A stretch of 64,000 bases of DNA from Patescibacteria group bacterium (lineage in GTDB: Bacteria; Patescibacteriota; UBA1384; XYA2-FULL-43-10): positions 23,158 through 87,157 of the forward strand of contig JBAYVT010000002.1 of assembly GCA_041674405.1 (NCBI GenBank), given 5' to 3'. A program made the translations under genes and the position numbers. The notes under the pieces were generated by a model, which worked only from the letters and a program-made list of their open reading frames with translations, made no database searches and was not told the DNA's origin. This document shows, piece by piece, positions 10,131-18,556 of the stretch (position 1 is the first letter of the stretch; every line of letters starts with the position of its first letter).

Positions 10131-10592
10131 TTACTTCCTTTCTTTTGATACAAATTTTAAGATACTGATGTTTGATATTTGAAAAATTTTAACTATTTCA
10201 ACAATTATGGTTATCACTACCCCCATCATACTTAATATGATAAATATTTTTACCATAAGATCGGTCCATGAAGGTGCCGAAACAGCGGAAAAATCAAATG
10301 GATATGTCAAATACAATGCGTACATAGGCATAATTGAAATTACTGCCAAAAATATCAGTATGATATTTCTAAAGATTATTCGGTCATAGATCAGAAGAAT
10401 AGTATTCCCTAAAATTTGGGCAAAAAAATTTAGAACGAACAGCAAGATAGCGGCAATAGCTGAGTCCTTCAAAAATTTTAAATGCCAGTCAGGTAACTTG
10501 TAAAAAATTATTAGCAATATGATGTTCACTAACATTGAAAAAACGTAATCCACCTTGTGAGATTTCGCTGCTTGCTTAATCATTGTTTGCAC
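10131..10592 (-). CDS. Hypothetical polytopic membrane protein
   Basis: 153 aa with about 4 hydrophobic helices and no recognisable motif. Confidence 0.55.
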   Translation of the reverse strand: MQTMIKQAAKSHKVDYVFSMLVNIILLIIFYKLPDWHLKFLKDSAIAAILLFVLNFFAQILGNTILLIYDRIIFRNIILIFLAVISIMPMYALYLTYPFDFSAVSAPSWTDLMVKIFIILSMMGVVITIIVEIVKIFQISNISILKFVSKERK

Positions 10593-10601
10593 TATAGCAC
10601 A

Positions 10602-11198
10602 TCATTTTACTTCTGTCGCATTAGCAAATCTTCTTTCGCACACTGACCAATCAATTGCATTTATGATTGCCTCAATGTATCCATCGCGCTTTGTACCGTA
10701 GTCCAGCATGTATGCATGCTCGAAGGCATCTACAACTAGTATTGGCTCGCATCCAGCAAGATGTCCGGTGTCGTGTTCTCCAACCCAGACATTGAGTAGT
10801 TTGTCACCGATTTTATCATAATAAATTACAAGCCAGCCGATACCGCGCATCGTGAGCATTCGTTTAAATGATTCTCGCCACCTGTCAATCGACCCAAATT
10901 CGCTCGCTAAATACTTATGTAATTTCGAGGATGGATCTTGCTCTTTCCCGCTTTTGATTAAATTTCCAAAATATAGCTCGTGCAGCCGCATGCCGTTCCA
11001 CTCCCAGCCCATCCGGCGCTTCAATTCGGAAAAACAGCGAGATTCAAAATCACCAGATTCCGCCATCTTGGAATTTTCCTCGATTAGGCCATTGATATTC
11101 TTTACGTAACCCTGATAGAGAGTGAAATGATTTTTAAGAAGCTCTTCAGAAAACCCTTTTGTTCCGATCAACTCTTCAAAATTTTTTGCCTCATACAT
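10602..11198 (-). CDS. Fe/Mn-family superoxide dismutase
   Basis: 198 aa. C-terminal metal-ligand motif VVDAFEHAYMLDY, GWLVIY. RBS aaggagg upstream. Confidence 0.88.
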   Translation of the reverse strand: MYEAKNFEELIGTKGFSEELLKNHFTLYQGYVKNINGLIEENSKMAESGDFESRCFSELKRRMGWEWNGMRLHELYFGNLIKSGKEQDPSSKLHKYLASEFGSIDRWRESFKRMLTMRGIGWLVIYYDKIGDKLLNVWVGEHDTGHLAGCEPILVVDAFEHAYMLDYGTKRDGYIEAIINAIDWSVCERRFANATEVK

Positions 11199-11272
11199 GA
11201 TCCTCCTTGTTTATAATAATTCAACAATAATTATACTACGCGGTTATTCAAATTCGTTCATAATTTCTTACA

Positions 11273-11313
11273 ACAAAAAGCCTTGCACTGCCACTCCGGG
11301 AGTGGCAGTGCAA
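11273..11313 (-). terminator. Intrinsic terminator downstream of the aminopeptidase gene
   Basis: Perfect 13-bp stem ttgcactgccact (11283..11295) / agtggcagtgcaa (11301..11313). On the minus strand it is followed by ggcttttt. Confidence 0.7.
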
Positions 11314-11321
11314 AGTTAATC

Positions 11322-11370
11322 AACGGAGTTTACTTTATGGACTTTACGAACTTTACCGACTTTATGGACT
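11322..11370 (-). repeat. 9-bp tandem repeat, about 4.5 units (minus strand GTCCATAAA GTCGGTAAA GTTCGTAAA GTCCATAAA GTAAA)
   Basis: Read directly from sequence. Lies between the aminopeptidase stop (11373..11375) and its terminator, in frame with the stop. Confidence 0.6.
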
Positions 11371-11372
11371 AA

Positions 11373-12446
11373 TTATATCTTCCAGGCCCCATTTTCCTGT
11401 ATTACTTTACCGTCGAGAATGATTTTACCCCTCTTCATATCCTTAACAATATCCCAATGGATCGCCGAGTCGTTTCCCCCACCATTTTCCTTGTATGCCA
11501 TACCGAGAGCGAGGTGAATGGTTCCGATTATTTTCTCATCGAACAATAAATTCCTAGTAAATTTTTTAATTTTGGGGTTCAGACCAATTCCAAATTCTCC
11601 CAAATATGATGAGTTACTGTCGGTCTTTAATTGTTCTTTTAAAAAATTCTTATTTTTTGAGCAATCTGATTTAATTACCTTGCCTTGATTAAATTCCAGA
11701 TAAATATCCGGCACTTCTTTTCCCGCCTCAATTGCCGGGAAATCAAATTTGATCCAGCCTTTTGCTGATTCCCGAACTGGTGCCATAAAAATTTCGCCAC
11801 AGGGGATGTTGTCGCCTTCCATATCGTTGGCAACTTTATCACCATGAATATCAAACTCAAGATCAACGTTTTTTCCCAAAAGATGAACGTGCTTGCCAGC
11901 CCTGAACTTACCGGAGACTTTGTTAATATTCTTTTTTACTTTATCCCAATCTTGAATCTCTGCCCCAAATACAAAATCCTCGTATTCATGAATTGACATC
12001 TCCGCTTCTTGAGCTAAGGCCTGGCAAGGATAACCAACTGATGCACGTCTGATTTTTCCCCTCTCATTGCAAATATAGTTTGTTATCGGATGAGTCACCG
12101 ATTCGCGTATCATCATTTTGGACGGATCGACACTGGTCATTTCTTTTGTATTGGAGTCGGTCACAATTCCAATGTAATACTGTGCATTTTTTGCAGTATA
12201 ATCGAGAATTTCCGGAAATTTTTTTAGGTGATGATCTTTTGCATATTTGTAAAATAATGGTCCAAGACCAGGCAATGAAAGTCGCAAAACCGGGTGTGCA
12301 CCTGCTTTCAGAACTTCGATATAAAGCGCTTCTACAAATGCTGCCGCTTCTGTCGAGCCAGAAATTACAACATTTGAGTCGTGTTTCACCTTCAAAAAAT
12401 ATCTGACGACTAATTGCGCGAGCTTTTTTGTTCTTGGGTCAATCAT
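11373..12446 (-). CDS. Aminopeptidase, M29 (AmpS/PepS/aminopeptidase T) family
   Basis: 357 aa. Family-typical [20 protein letters not shown] and the D.AIHWDIV ending. Confidence 0.82.
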   Translation of the reverse strand: MIDPRTKKLAQLVVRYFLKVKHDSNVVISGSTEAAAFVEALYIEVLKAGAHPVLRLSLPGLGPLFYKYAKDHHLKKFPEILDYTAKNAQYYIGIVTDSNTKEMTSVDPSKMMIRESVTHPITNYICNERGKIRRASVGYPCQALAQEAEMSIHEYEDFVFGAEIQDWDKVKKNINKVSGKFRAGKHVHLLGKNVDLEFDIHGDKVANDMEGDNIPCGEIFMAPVRESAKGWIKFDFPAIEAGKEVPDIYLEFNQGKVIKSDCSKNKNFLKEQLKTDSNSSYLGEFGIGLNPKIKKFTRNLLFDEKIIGTIHLALGMAYKENGGGNDSAIHWDIVKDMKRGKIILDGKVIQENGAWKI

Positions 12447-13024
12447 TTCGTAATAACCTTATCAATTAGACCATAGTCTTTTGCCATTTTGGCATCCATG
12501 TAGAAATCGCGGTCGAGATCTTTTTCGATTTTTGATTCGGATTGGCCAGTGTTTTGCGCCATGATTTTAGTCAGATTTTTCTTTGTTTTCAAGATATGCT
12601 CGGCATTAATCGCGATGTCAGAAGCTTGGCCTTCTGCTCCACCCAGTGGCTGATGAATCATGACTTCGGCATTTGGCAAGGCAAATCTTTTGCCTTTTTC
12701 ACCTGAGGACAAAACCCAGGCACCGCCTGATGCCGCCATACCAACACAGACCGTCGAAACTGGTGCTTTCACATAATTCATCGTATCGATTATCGCCAAA
12801 GTTGCTGTCACCGATCCACCTGGTGAATTTACGTACATATTAATGTCTTTTTTTGAATCTTCCGAATCAAGAAATAAAAGTTGGGCAATAATAATATTGG
12901 CCAAATCATCAGTGATCGGTCCGCCCAAAAAAACAATTCTGTCTTTTAGAAGCCGTGAGTATATATCATAAGCCCTCTCTCCTTCAAAAGTTTTTTCTAC
13001 TACCGTAGGAACTAGATATGACAT
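12443..13024 (-). CDS. clpP: ATP-dependent Clp protease proteolytic subunit
   Basis: 193 aa. [28 protein letters not shown] (Ser nucleophile), IHQPLGG. Confidence 0.96.
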   Translation of the reverse strand: MSYLVPTVVEKTFEGERAYDIYSRLLKDRIVFLGGPITDDLANIIIAQLLFLDSEDSKKDINMYVNSPGGSVTATLAIIDTMNYVKAPVSTVCVGMAASGGAWVLSSGEKGKRFALPNAEVMIHQPLGGAEGQASDIAINAEHILKTKKNLTKIMAQNTGQSESKIEKDLDRDFYMDAKMAKDYGLIDKVITK

Positions 13025-13161
13025 GATTCTCCTTTGTTTAAATGTGATATACCCACATTATGATAAATACCTGATATTTTGCTTAATAAAAAAATCAATA
13101 TCTGTTAAATCAACATAGCAAAAACGAGCTTTGTCTTCAATATATAGATGCAAAATCGTTA

Positions 13162-13344
13162 TACAGCACTTATTTTAGATAGCCTTTTTTGTGCAATATA
13201 TCCGGGATATTTATTACTTTTGAACAAGGCAACTCGCCCATTGAAAATTATCGCCCCGATTACACAAGGGCGAAACCGCGCGGCACGGATATCATTCAGA
13301 TACTTTTCGTCGATAGCTTTTTCCGGTTCTTGGATAATAATTGT
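13162..13344 (-). pseudogene. Possible gene remnant, in frame directly after the MFS stop codon; no canonical start
   Basis: Hand translation after the TAA at 13345..13347: TIIIQEPEKAIDEKYLNDIRAARFRPCVIGAIIFNGRVALFKSNKYPGYIAQKRLSKISAV, then a stop. Resembles the N-terminus of a deaminase- or Nudix-type fold, but no catalytic motif is present. Confidence 0.25.
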
Positions 13345-14622
13345 TTAAGCGATAAAATCCATCATTGATACAGATTTTTTAGCCTCAGAATACTGATTGT
13401 AGCGCAAGCTTATGAAGATTCCGAAAGACAAAATGAATATCGACAGGGCGACCATTGCTACAAATGGAGAAGTCGCATCCGATATTCCTCCTACTGCGAG
13501 AGCAGGGATCGACATCGCAAGATTGATAAGCATAGAAACAATACCAAACACTCTTCCTCGGAAATGTCCTTCCGTTTTAATATGAAGGAATGTCTGTGCT
13601 GAGATATAAATAATGGAACAGCCAAACCCCAGAGCAATAACAAGCAGAGTTACAATCAATCTCGAGAAAATGAAAGTGTGATAAAATTTGAATCCTGAAA
13701 ACATTAGCAGAGCCAAACCCACAGCAAGGAAAGGCCAATTAGTACTAAAATCAAAATTAAATTTTCGCCGTCTCTCAAGGATATATGCCGCAATTATCAT
13801 TCCGATACCCGCAGGAGCAATAACATAAGGACCAACCAATTCTGCCGGTAAGGATAGGACGCTCGTTCCGAAACCTGGCAACAAGACCACAAAAGAGCCC
13901 AGTGCGACCCAGCCGACGGTAAGTTTAGCCATCATTCTAAAAATCTGGCGATTTTTTAAGCTATACGCTATTCCCTCTTTAGTCGATTTCCAGATACTTT
14001 CAATGTCCGGTGCGAGAGTTGAGAGAGATATTGGCTTGGTTTCTTTCAAATCATAGTTTGTCATCCTATTCACTGAAAGGGTTGCAATCAGATAAAACAA
14101 GCCGCAGATCAGAAACAAAAATAAGGGAGAACTAACTCTCATTATCGGACCAGCCAGCGAATAGCCGACCAGAAGCGTTGCATATGTTGTCGTTACAATT
14201 AATGAATTCGCTGCGATCAATTTCTCCTTAGGCACTATGAGTGGAATTGAGGCTTGCTCGGCCGGAGAAAAAAATTGTGCAACAGAAGAAATTATAAATA
14301 TAATTTCCAAGAGAGCCAAAACGTTGCTTTGGGCAAAGATTAGAAGAACTACAGCAACAAATCTTAGAAAATTGGTAAGTATCAAAATTTTCTTATAATT
14401 GAACCTATCCGCAAAAACTCCGGAAAAAGGCCCGAGAAGAACCGATGGTATTGCAGAAGCAATTAATACGAGTGAAATTGCGGTCGTCGAATTTGTAAGC
14501 TGATAAATATGCAAGATCAATGCAAAATTCAACATATTTAGAGCAACCTGCGAAGTCCATTGCGAAGTCCAGAGTTTGAAAAAATCTTTGTATTTAAGCA
14601 CACTTACAAATGTAGATGACAC
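13345..14622 (-). CDS. MFS transporter
   Basis: 425 aa with about 12 hydrophobic helices. MFS-like loop GPFSGVFADRFNYKK. Confidence 0.85.
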   Translation of the reverse strand: MSSTFVSVLKYKDFFKLWTSQWTSQVALNMLNFALILHIYQLTNSTTAISLVLIASAIPSVLLGPFSGVFADRFNYKKILILTNFLRFVAVVLLIFAQSNVLALLEIIFIISSVAQFFSPAEQASIPLIVPKEKLIAANSLIVTTTYATLLVGYSLAGPIMRVSSPLFLFLICGLFYLIATLSVNRMTNYDLKETKPISLSTLAPDIESIWKSTKEGIAYSLKNRQIFRMMAKLTVGWVALGSFVVLLPGFGTSVLSLPAELVGPYVIAPAGIGMIIAAYILERRRKFNFDFSTNWPFLAVGLALLMFSGFKFYHTFIFSRLIVTLLVIALGFGCSIIYISAQTFLHIKTEGHFRGRVFGIVSMLINLAMSIPALAVGGISDATSPFVAMVALSIFILSFGIFISLRYNQYSEAKKSVSMMDFIA

Positions 14623-14638
14623 GGACCCTCCGCGTTTG

Positions 14639-15838
14639 TTATTTCGTCAAAGTTTTTACCAGGTGGTCAAGAGCCTTTGCTCCCGCATCTTCCTTACTCG
14701 AATCAATTTTTTGGTCTTGAATAATTTTACCTAACATGAGACCAATTTTAACATTTTTGGTAGCCTGTTCGCGCATATCTTTGCGAATATCATCAATTTT
14801 TTTCTTCATATTTTCCAGATATTTTTCGAAACTCATTCCCGAAGATTCTACTTGTCCGCGAAAATGTTCTATCATTCTTTCTGTTTCCTGGATAATCAAT
14901 ATCTCGGGAATGTCAACTTTGAGAAGAGGTAATACTTTTTCGATTACTGAAAGCTCAAGCTCGTTTTTGTATTTCGCATCAGTTTCTTTTTTGAGGCTAT
15001 CCATGACAGCCGATTTTAATTCGGAAAATTTCTTGTGCCCATAATGTTCTGCAAATTTGTCGTCGAGTTCGGGAAGGATGACCTCTTTGAGGTCTTCAAG
15101 TTTAACATTGAATTCTGCTTCCTTGCCGGAAAGTGTTTTCTCGTGATAATCTTTCGGAAATTTGATTTTAAAGGTTTTTTCTTCACCCTTTTTCATCCCC
15201 ACAACTTCATCCTCAAATCCCGGAATCAGATTTCCTTCGCCCAAAATGATCGGGTGATTTTTTGAGCACATTGCATCAACTTTAACGCCCTTCTTAAAAC
15301 CTTCATATGAAATTTCTGCCCGATCTCCCTTTTTTGCCGAGCGTTCAGCATCCTTAAATGTTGCTTTTTGTTTGCGCAAATGTTCTAAAATTTTTTCGAC
15401 ATCAGTTTCTTTTGGTTCTTCTTTTTTTGGTGCTTTCACTTTTAGTTTCGAATAATCCCCAAGCTCAATTTTGGGCATAACATCAATTTCGGCAGTATAT
15501 TCCAAATTGTCCTTAATATCTAGTTCATCGATCGAAAAGTTCGGAGATTTTGTAATTTTGATATCTGGCTGCGATAGTGGCATAATTTTTTCGCTTGCAA
15601 CCACTTCCGGATAACTTCCCCTTACAGCACAATCAATCCCTTCAGAAATGAGGCGATTGTGGCCAGCTGCAGATTCTACAATTTTGTACGGGGCCTTGCC
15701 GGGGCGGAATCCATCAAGCTTCATTCCGGATGCAACTTTTTCGTAAGCTTCACGAAAATATTTTGCAAGCTCTTTGGGTTCAACTAGAACTTCTAGTTTC
15801 ACTCGGCTGTTTTTAAGATTTTCAAGTTTTACCTTCAT
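14639..15838 (-). CDS. tig: Trigger factor
   Basis: 399 aa. Ribosome-binding signature GFRPGKAP, then an FKBP-like middle and a helical C-terminus. Confidence 0.92.
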   Translation of the reverse strand: MKVKLENLKNSRVKLEVLVEPKELAKYFREAYEKVASGMKLDGFRPGKAPYKIVESAAGHNRLISEGIDCAVRGSYPEVVASEKIMPLSQPDIKITKSPNFSIDELDIKDNLEYTAEIDVMPKIELGDYSKLKVKAPKKEEPKETDVEKILEHLRKQKATFKDAERSAKKGDRAEISYEGFKKGVKVDAMCSKNHPIILGEGNLIPGFEDEVVGMKKGEEKTFKIKFPKDYHEKTLSGKEAEFNVKLEDLKEVILPELDDKFAEHYGHKKFSELKSAVMDSLKKETDAKYKNELELSVIEKVLPLLKVDIPEILIIQETERMIEHFRGQVESSGMSFEKYLENMKKKIDDIRKDMREQATKNVKIGLMLGKIIQDQKIDSSKEDAGAKALDHLVKTLTK

Positions 15839-15907
15839 AATATTCCCAACAATAAAATAATAATTTACTCGTATAGATTATCATATTAAGACTAGGATTG
15901 AAAGTCT

Positions 15908-15937
15908 GGTAGCACAGGCGGAACCGCCTGTGCTACC
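15908..15937 (-). terminator. Perfect 14-bp GC-rich hairpin downstream of the 50-aa ORF
   Basis: ggtagcacaggcgg aa ccgcctgtgctacc, 25 nt after the ORF stop. There is no strong U-tract on the minus strand, so a terminator role is uncertain. Confidence 0.5.
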
Positions 15938-15961
15938 GACGGCAGCAGAGGGTGTGGGACG

Positions 15962-16114
15962 TTATCCGGGCCAGTTGGCCGGATCGTTGTCGGGGTCGTA
16001 GGTGACTGGCTTAGCCCGTTTGCGGGCATCATTCAGGATGATCAACAGGTCGGCAAACGGCACATCGGGTACTGAGTCCGAAGCTACCTGGTAATCGCCG
16101 GCATAACCACACAT
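15962..16114 (-). CDS. Orphan 50-aa ORF in a G+C-rich islet
   Basis: Below the track cutoff. Hand translation: MCGYAGDYQVASDSVPDVPFADLLIILNDARKRAKPVTYDPDNDPANWPG, then a stop. Strong RBS caggaggtagtttt precedes the ATG. 33 of 50 codons end in G/C (hand count), unlike neighbouring genes. Confidence 0.5.
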   Translation of the reverse strand: MCGYAGDYQVASDSVPDVPFADLLIILNDARKRAKPVTYDPDNDPANWPG

Positions 16115-16167
16115 AAAACTACCTCCTGGTCCTTGATTCCCTCTTGCATTTTATATATCACTTTAGA

Positions 16168-17151
16168 TCAATATACGCTATATCCACCAAATTTTTTTAA
16201 TTCAGAAAGCAGAAGCTTTTTATTGCTTTTATCACCGCAGAAAAGCAAACATCCTCCTCCCCCAGCACCACAAGCACGGTGGGAATATCCGTATTTTTCC
16301 GCAATTTTAGCCATCATTTTCATGTTTTTTGTATAATATGCACTTGATAGATCTAGGCGCAAATTCCTATCATTGGCGATTCCTGTTTTGAGCATAGATA
16401 GGTCTTTCCCCAAGATCCCTCGCCAAATATCTTCCGCATTTTTGGCAATCTTCTTAATTAATAATGGATTTTTTTCATATCCAGATCTCATTTGAGAGTT
16501 TAGTTTTCCTGATGATCTCGATTCACCGCTGTAATATACCAGAATATGATTCAACACCCAGTTATATAACGGAGAGTTTTCTTCTCTATGGTCAATCATC
16601 TTCGCTTCTCCATATCCAGGACCACCAAAAGTCATGTAGTTCATTCCTCCGTGCCACGCAGCATAATAATCTTGCTTGCCTCCTAAAATTCCCATCGACA
16701 TTTCAACCAAATAGTTCAATTCGGGAACATTTACACCGGGAATTTCATAAAGTTCGGAAAGTGCCATGATCACTCCAACCCCTACCGCCGAAGAAGTGCC
16801 TAGGCCAGAAGCAGACGGAATGATGCCAACACTGGTAACTTTTATTTCCAATCCATCCGGCTTTAGGTTAAATAACGAAATAAAATGTCGGACAATCTGG
16901 CTAACATTATTTTTTTCTTGTTTGATAAGATCTTCAATACTCCCTTCGATTTTCTCGCCCAAATCAGGAAGTTCGAGTTTAATACCCTTGCCGCCATTCA
17001 GTTTCGCTTCAACTTTGACTTGTACCGGTAAGGCAATATTTACAACCGAGCCACGATCCGCTTTAAGTTTCTTAAGGTAGTAGCTAATATCTGTAGAACC
17101 GCCGGCAATATCTGCACGAACTGGCACGAACAGAGTTACCCTTTTCATCAT
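16168..17151 (-). CDS. GHMP-family sugar(-phosphate) kinase
   Basis: GHMP motif PSASGLGTSSAVGVGV, N-terminal RADIAGGSTD. The likely start is M8/M9 (ATGATG at 17151..17146) after AGGAGG, overlapping the stop of the upstream gene (ATGA). Confidence 0.8.
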   Translation of the reverse strand: MMKRVTLFVPVRADIAGGSTDISYYLKKLKADRGSVVNIALPVQVKVEAKLNGGKGIKLELPDLGEKIEGSIEDLIKQEKNNVSQIVRHFISLFNLKPDGLEIKVTSVGIIPSASGLGTSSAVGVGVIMALSELYEIPGVNVPELNYLVEMSMGILGGKQDYYAAWHGGMNYMTFGGPGYGEAKMIDHREENSPLYNWVLNHILVYYSGESRSSGKLNSQMRSGYEKNPLLIKKIAKNAEDIWRGILGKDLSMLKTGIANDRNLRLDLSSAYYTKNMKMMAKIAEKYGYSHRACGAGGGGCLLFCGDKSNKKLLLSELKKFGGYSVY

Positions 17152-17999
17152 TTCCTCCTGGATTTCTTCCATTCCTTAATCGCCTTTTCGTATGATTCAT
17201 AGGTACCCGTATCAAGCCACTGGCTAAAGAAGGGGTAACCAAATAATTTCCCCTCCTCCGCCAACTTTGGATATATGTCATATTCAACCATTGCCTTCCC
17301 CTTTTGGGGAACATATTTATCGATCACTTCTGGTTCCATTATAGCCATACCCGCATTAGCAAGATTACTTGGTGCTTCTGATCTCTTTGGTTTTTCGACA
17401 AAACCGGTTATTCGGCTGCCGGTAAGTGATGCAACCCCAAAACGGCTCGGGTCCTCAACCGGTGTGAGTGCAATTGTAGCTAATCCTTCATTATTTCGAT
17501 GAAAATGCATAAAATCCGAAAGATCAATTTCCGAAAGCACATCCCCCCAAACAATAAAGAAGGTTTCATTTAGAAATTTTTTTGCCAATCGCAATGGTCC
17601 TGCTGTTCCTAGTGGGGATCTTTCTTCAACATAATTTATCCTGACGCCAAATTTTGTGCCATCTTTGAAGTAATCCTTGATCATCTCCCCCTTATAACCC
17701 AATGCCAGACAGATTTCGGTAACACCATGTGAGCGCAGAAGGTCTATCACATGTTCCACCATTGGCTTTCCAGCAACTGGCAAAAGCGCCTTTGGTAATT
17801 CATAAGTAAATGGCCGAAGCCTTGTCCCCTCGCCCCCAACGAGAAGAATTGCTTTTTTGATTTGGTTTATGCCAAGGCCATTTTCGATAAGATATTCTGT
17901 CGCATGCGATCGATTTCTGATTTTTTTACCATCGATTATTGCATCAATCTTTGAAAATAGGTCTTTTTTAATGGTGACGGTTAACTTTTCTCGTTCCAT
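17148..17999 (-). CDS. Sugar-1-phosphate nucleotidyltransferase with an N-terminal ribbon-helix-helix (CopG-like) domain
   Basis: 283 aa. Residues about 5-45 (KLTVTIKKDLFSKIDAIIDGKKIRNRSHATEYLIENGL) look like a strand-helix-helix RHH. Then LLVGGEGTRLRPFTYELPKALLPVAGKPMVEH, the NTP-transferase signature. Confidence 0.82.
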   Translation of the reverse strand: MEREKLTVTIKKDLFSKIDAIIDGKKIRNRSHATEYLIENGLGINQIKKAILLVGGEGTRLRPFTYELPKALLPVAGKPMVEHVIDLLRSHGVTEICLALGYKGEMIKDYFKDGTKFGVRINYVEERSPLGTAGPLRLAKKFLNETFFIVWGDVLSEIDLSDFMHFHRNNEGLATIALTPVEDPSRFGVASLTGSRITGFVEKPKRSEAPSNLANAGMAIMEPEVIDKYVPQKGKAMVEYDIYPKLAEEGKLFGYPFFSQWLDTGTYESYEKAIKEWKKSRRK

Positions 18000-18071
18000 A
18001 GAACTCCTTAAAAATTATTCATATACGATAATATACGATATATAAAAATAGATCAAATTGATTGAAATAGC

Positions 18072-18461
18072 TTAGTCCGACATGATTACCCAGGGTCGCC
18101 GATCCTGTTTCTTGTATTTAACGCAGGCAACAAAACGTTCAGGATCTTTCAAAAATATCAGAGAAACAAAATTTGCTTTTTTCTTTTCTTCCCAAAATTT
18201 TTCATCGACACATAAGTCATCAGAATACATTTTACGAAATTCCGAAAGACCTTTCGATCCAAAATTTTCGTAATACAAAACATTATCTACAAAAACTCGT
18301 CCAACAATACCGCCACCTGATTTTTTAAGATAAATTTCATCTTCTTTTGCAACAGATCCGTAAGGGGCAATTTTATGAATTGAAAATCGTGACTCGATTG
18401 TTTTTTTTCCAACCAGGATATTTTCTATAGCATCACCAACAAAAATCGCTAAATGCCTCAT
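18072..18461 (-). CDS. Small PUA-like (ASCH-domain-like) protein
   Basis: 129 aa. GKKTIESRF near the N-terminus and the size are reminiscent of ASCH domains. Weak call. Confidence 0.45.
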   Translation of the reverse strand: MRHLAIFVGDAIENILVGKKTIESRFSIHKIAPYGSVAKEDEIYLKKSGGGIVGRVFVDNVLYYENFGSKGLSEFRKMYSDDLCVDEKFWEEKKKANFVSLIFLKDPERFVACVKYKKQDRRPWVIMSD

Positions 18462-18498
18462 GAAACTCCTAAAGTGCCTTAATATTTTTGGCCACCTA

Positions 18499-18538
18499 AT
18501 TAAAACAAAAACAAACAGCTGTTTGTTTTTGTTTTAAT
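18499..18538. repeat. 40-nt perfect AT-rich palindrome centred on cagctg; possible bidirectional terminator or protein-binding site
   Basis: attaaaacaaaaacaaacag|ctgtttgtttttgttttaat verified as its own reverse complement. Lies between the PfkB-kinase stop and the start of the ASCH-like gene. Confidence 0.6.
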
Positions 18539-18556
18539 ATTTAGAATATACCCTTA

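Noticed and set aside
13148-13348. 66-aa plus-strand track ORF in the clpP-MFS spacer
   Set aside because: No RBS and an implausible peptide. The opposite strand carries the more protein-like in-phase frame, reported separately as a possible remnant.
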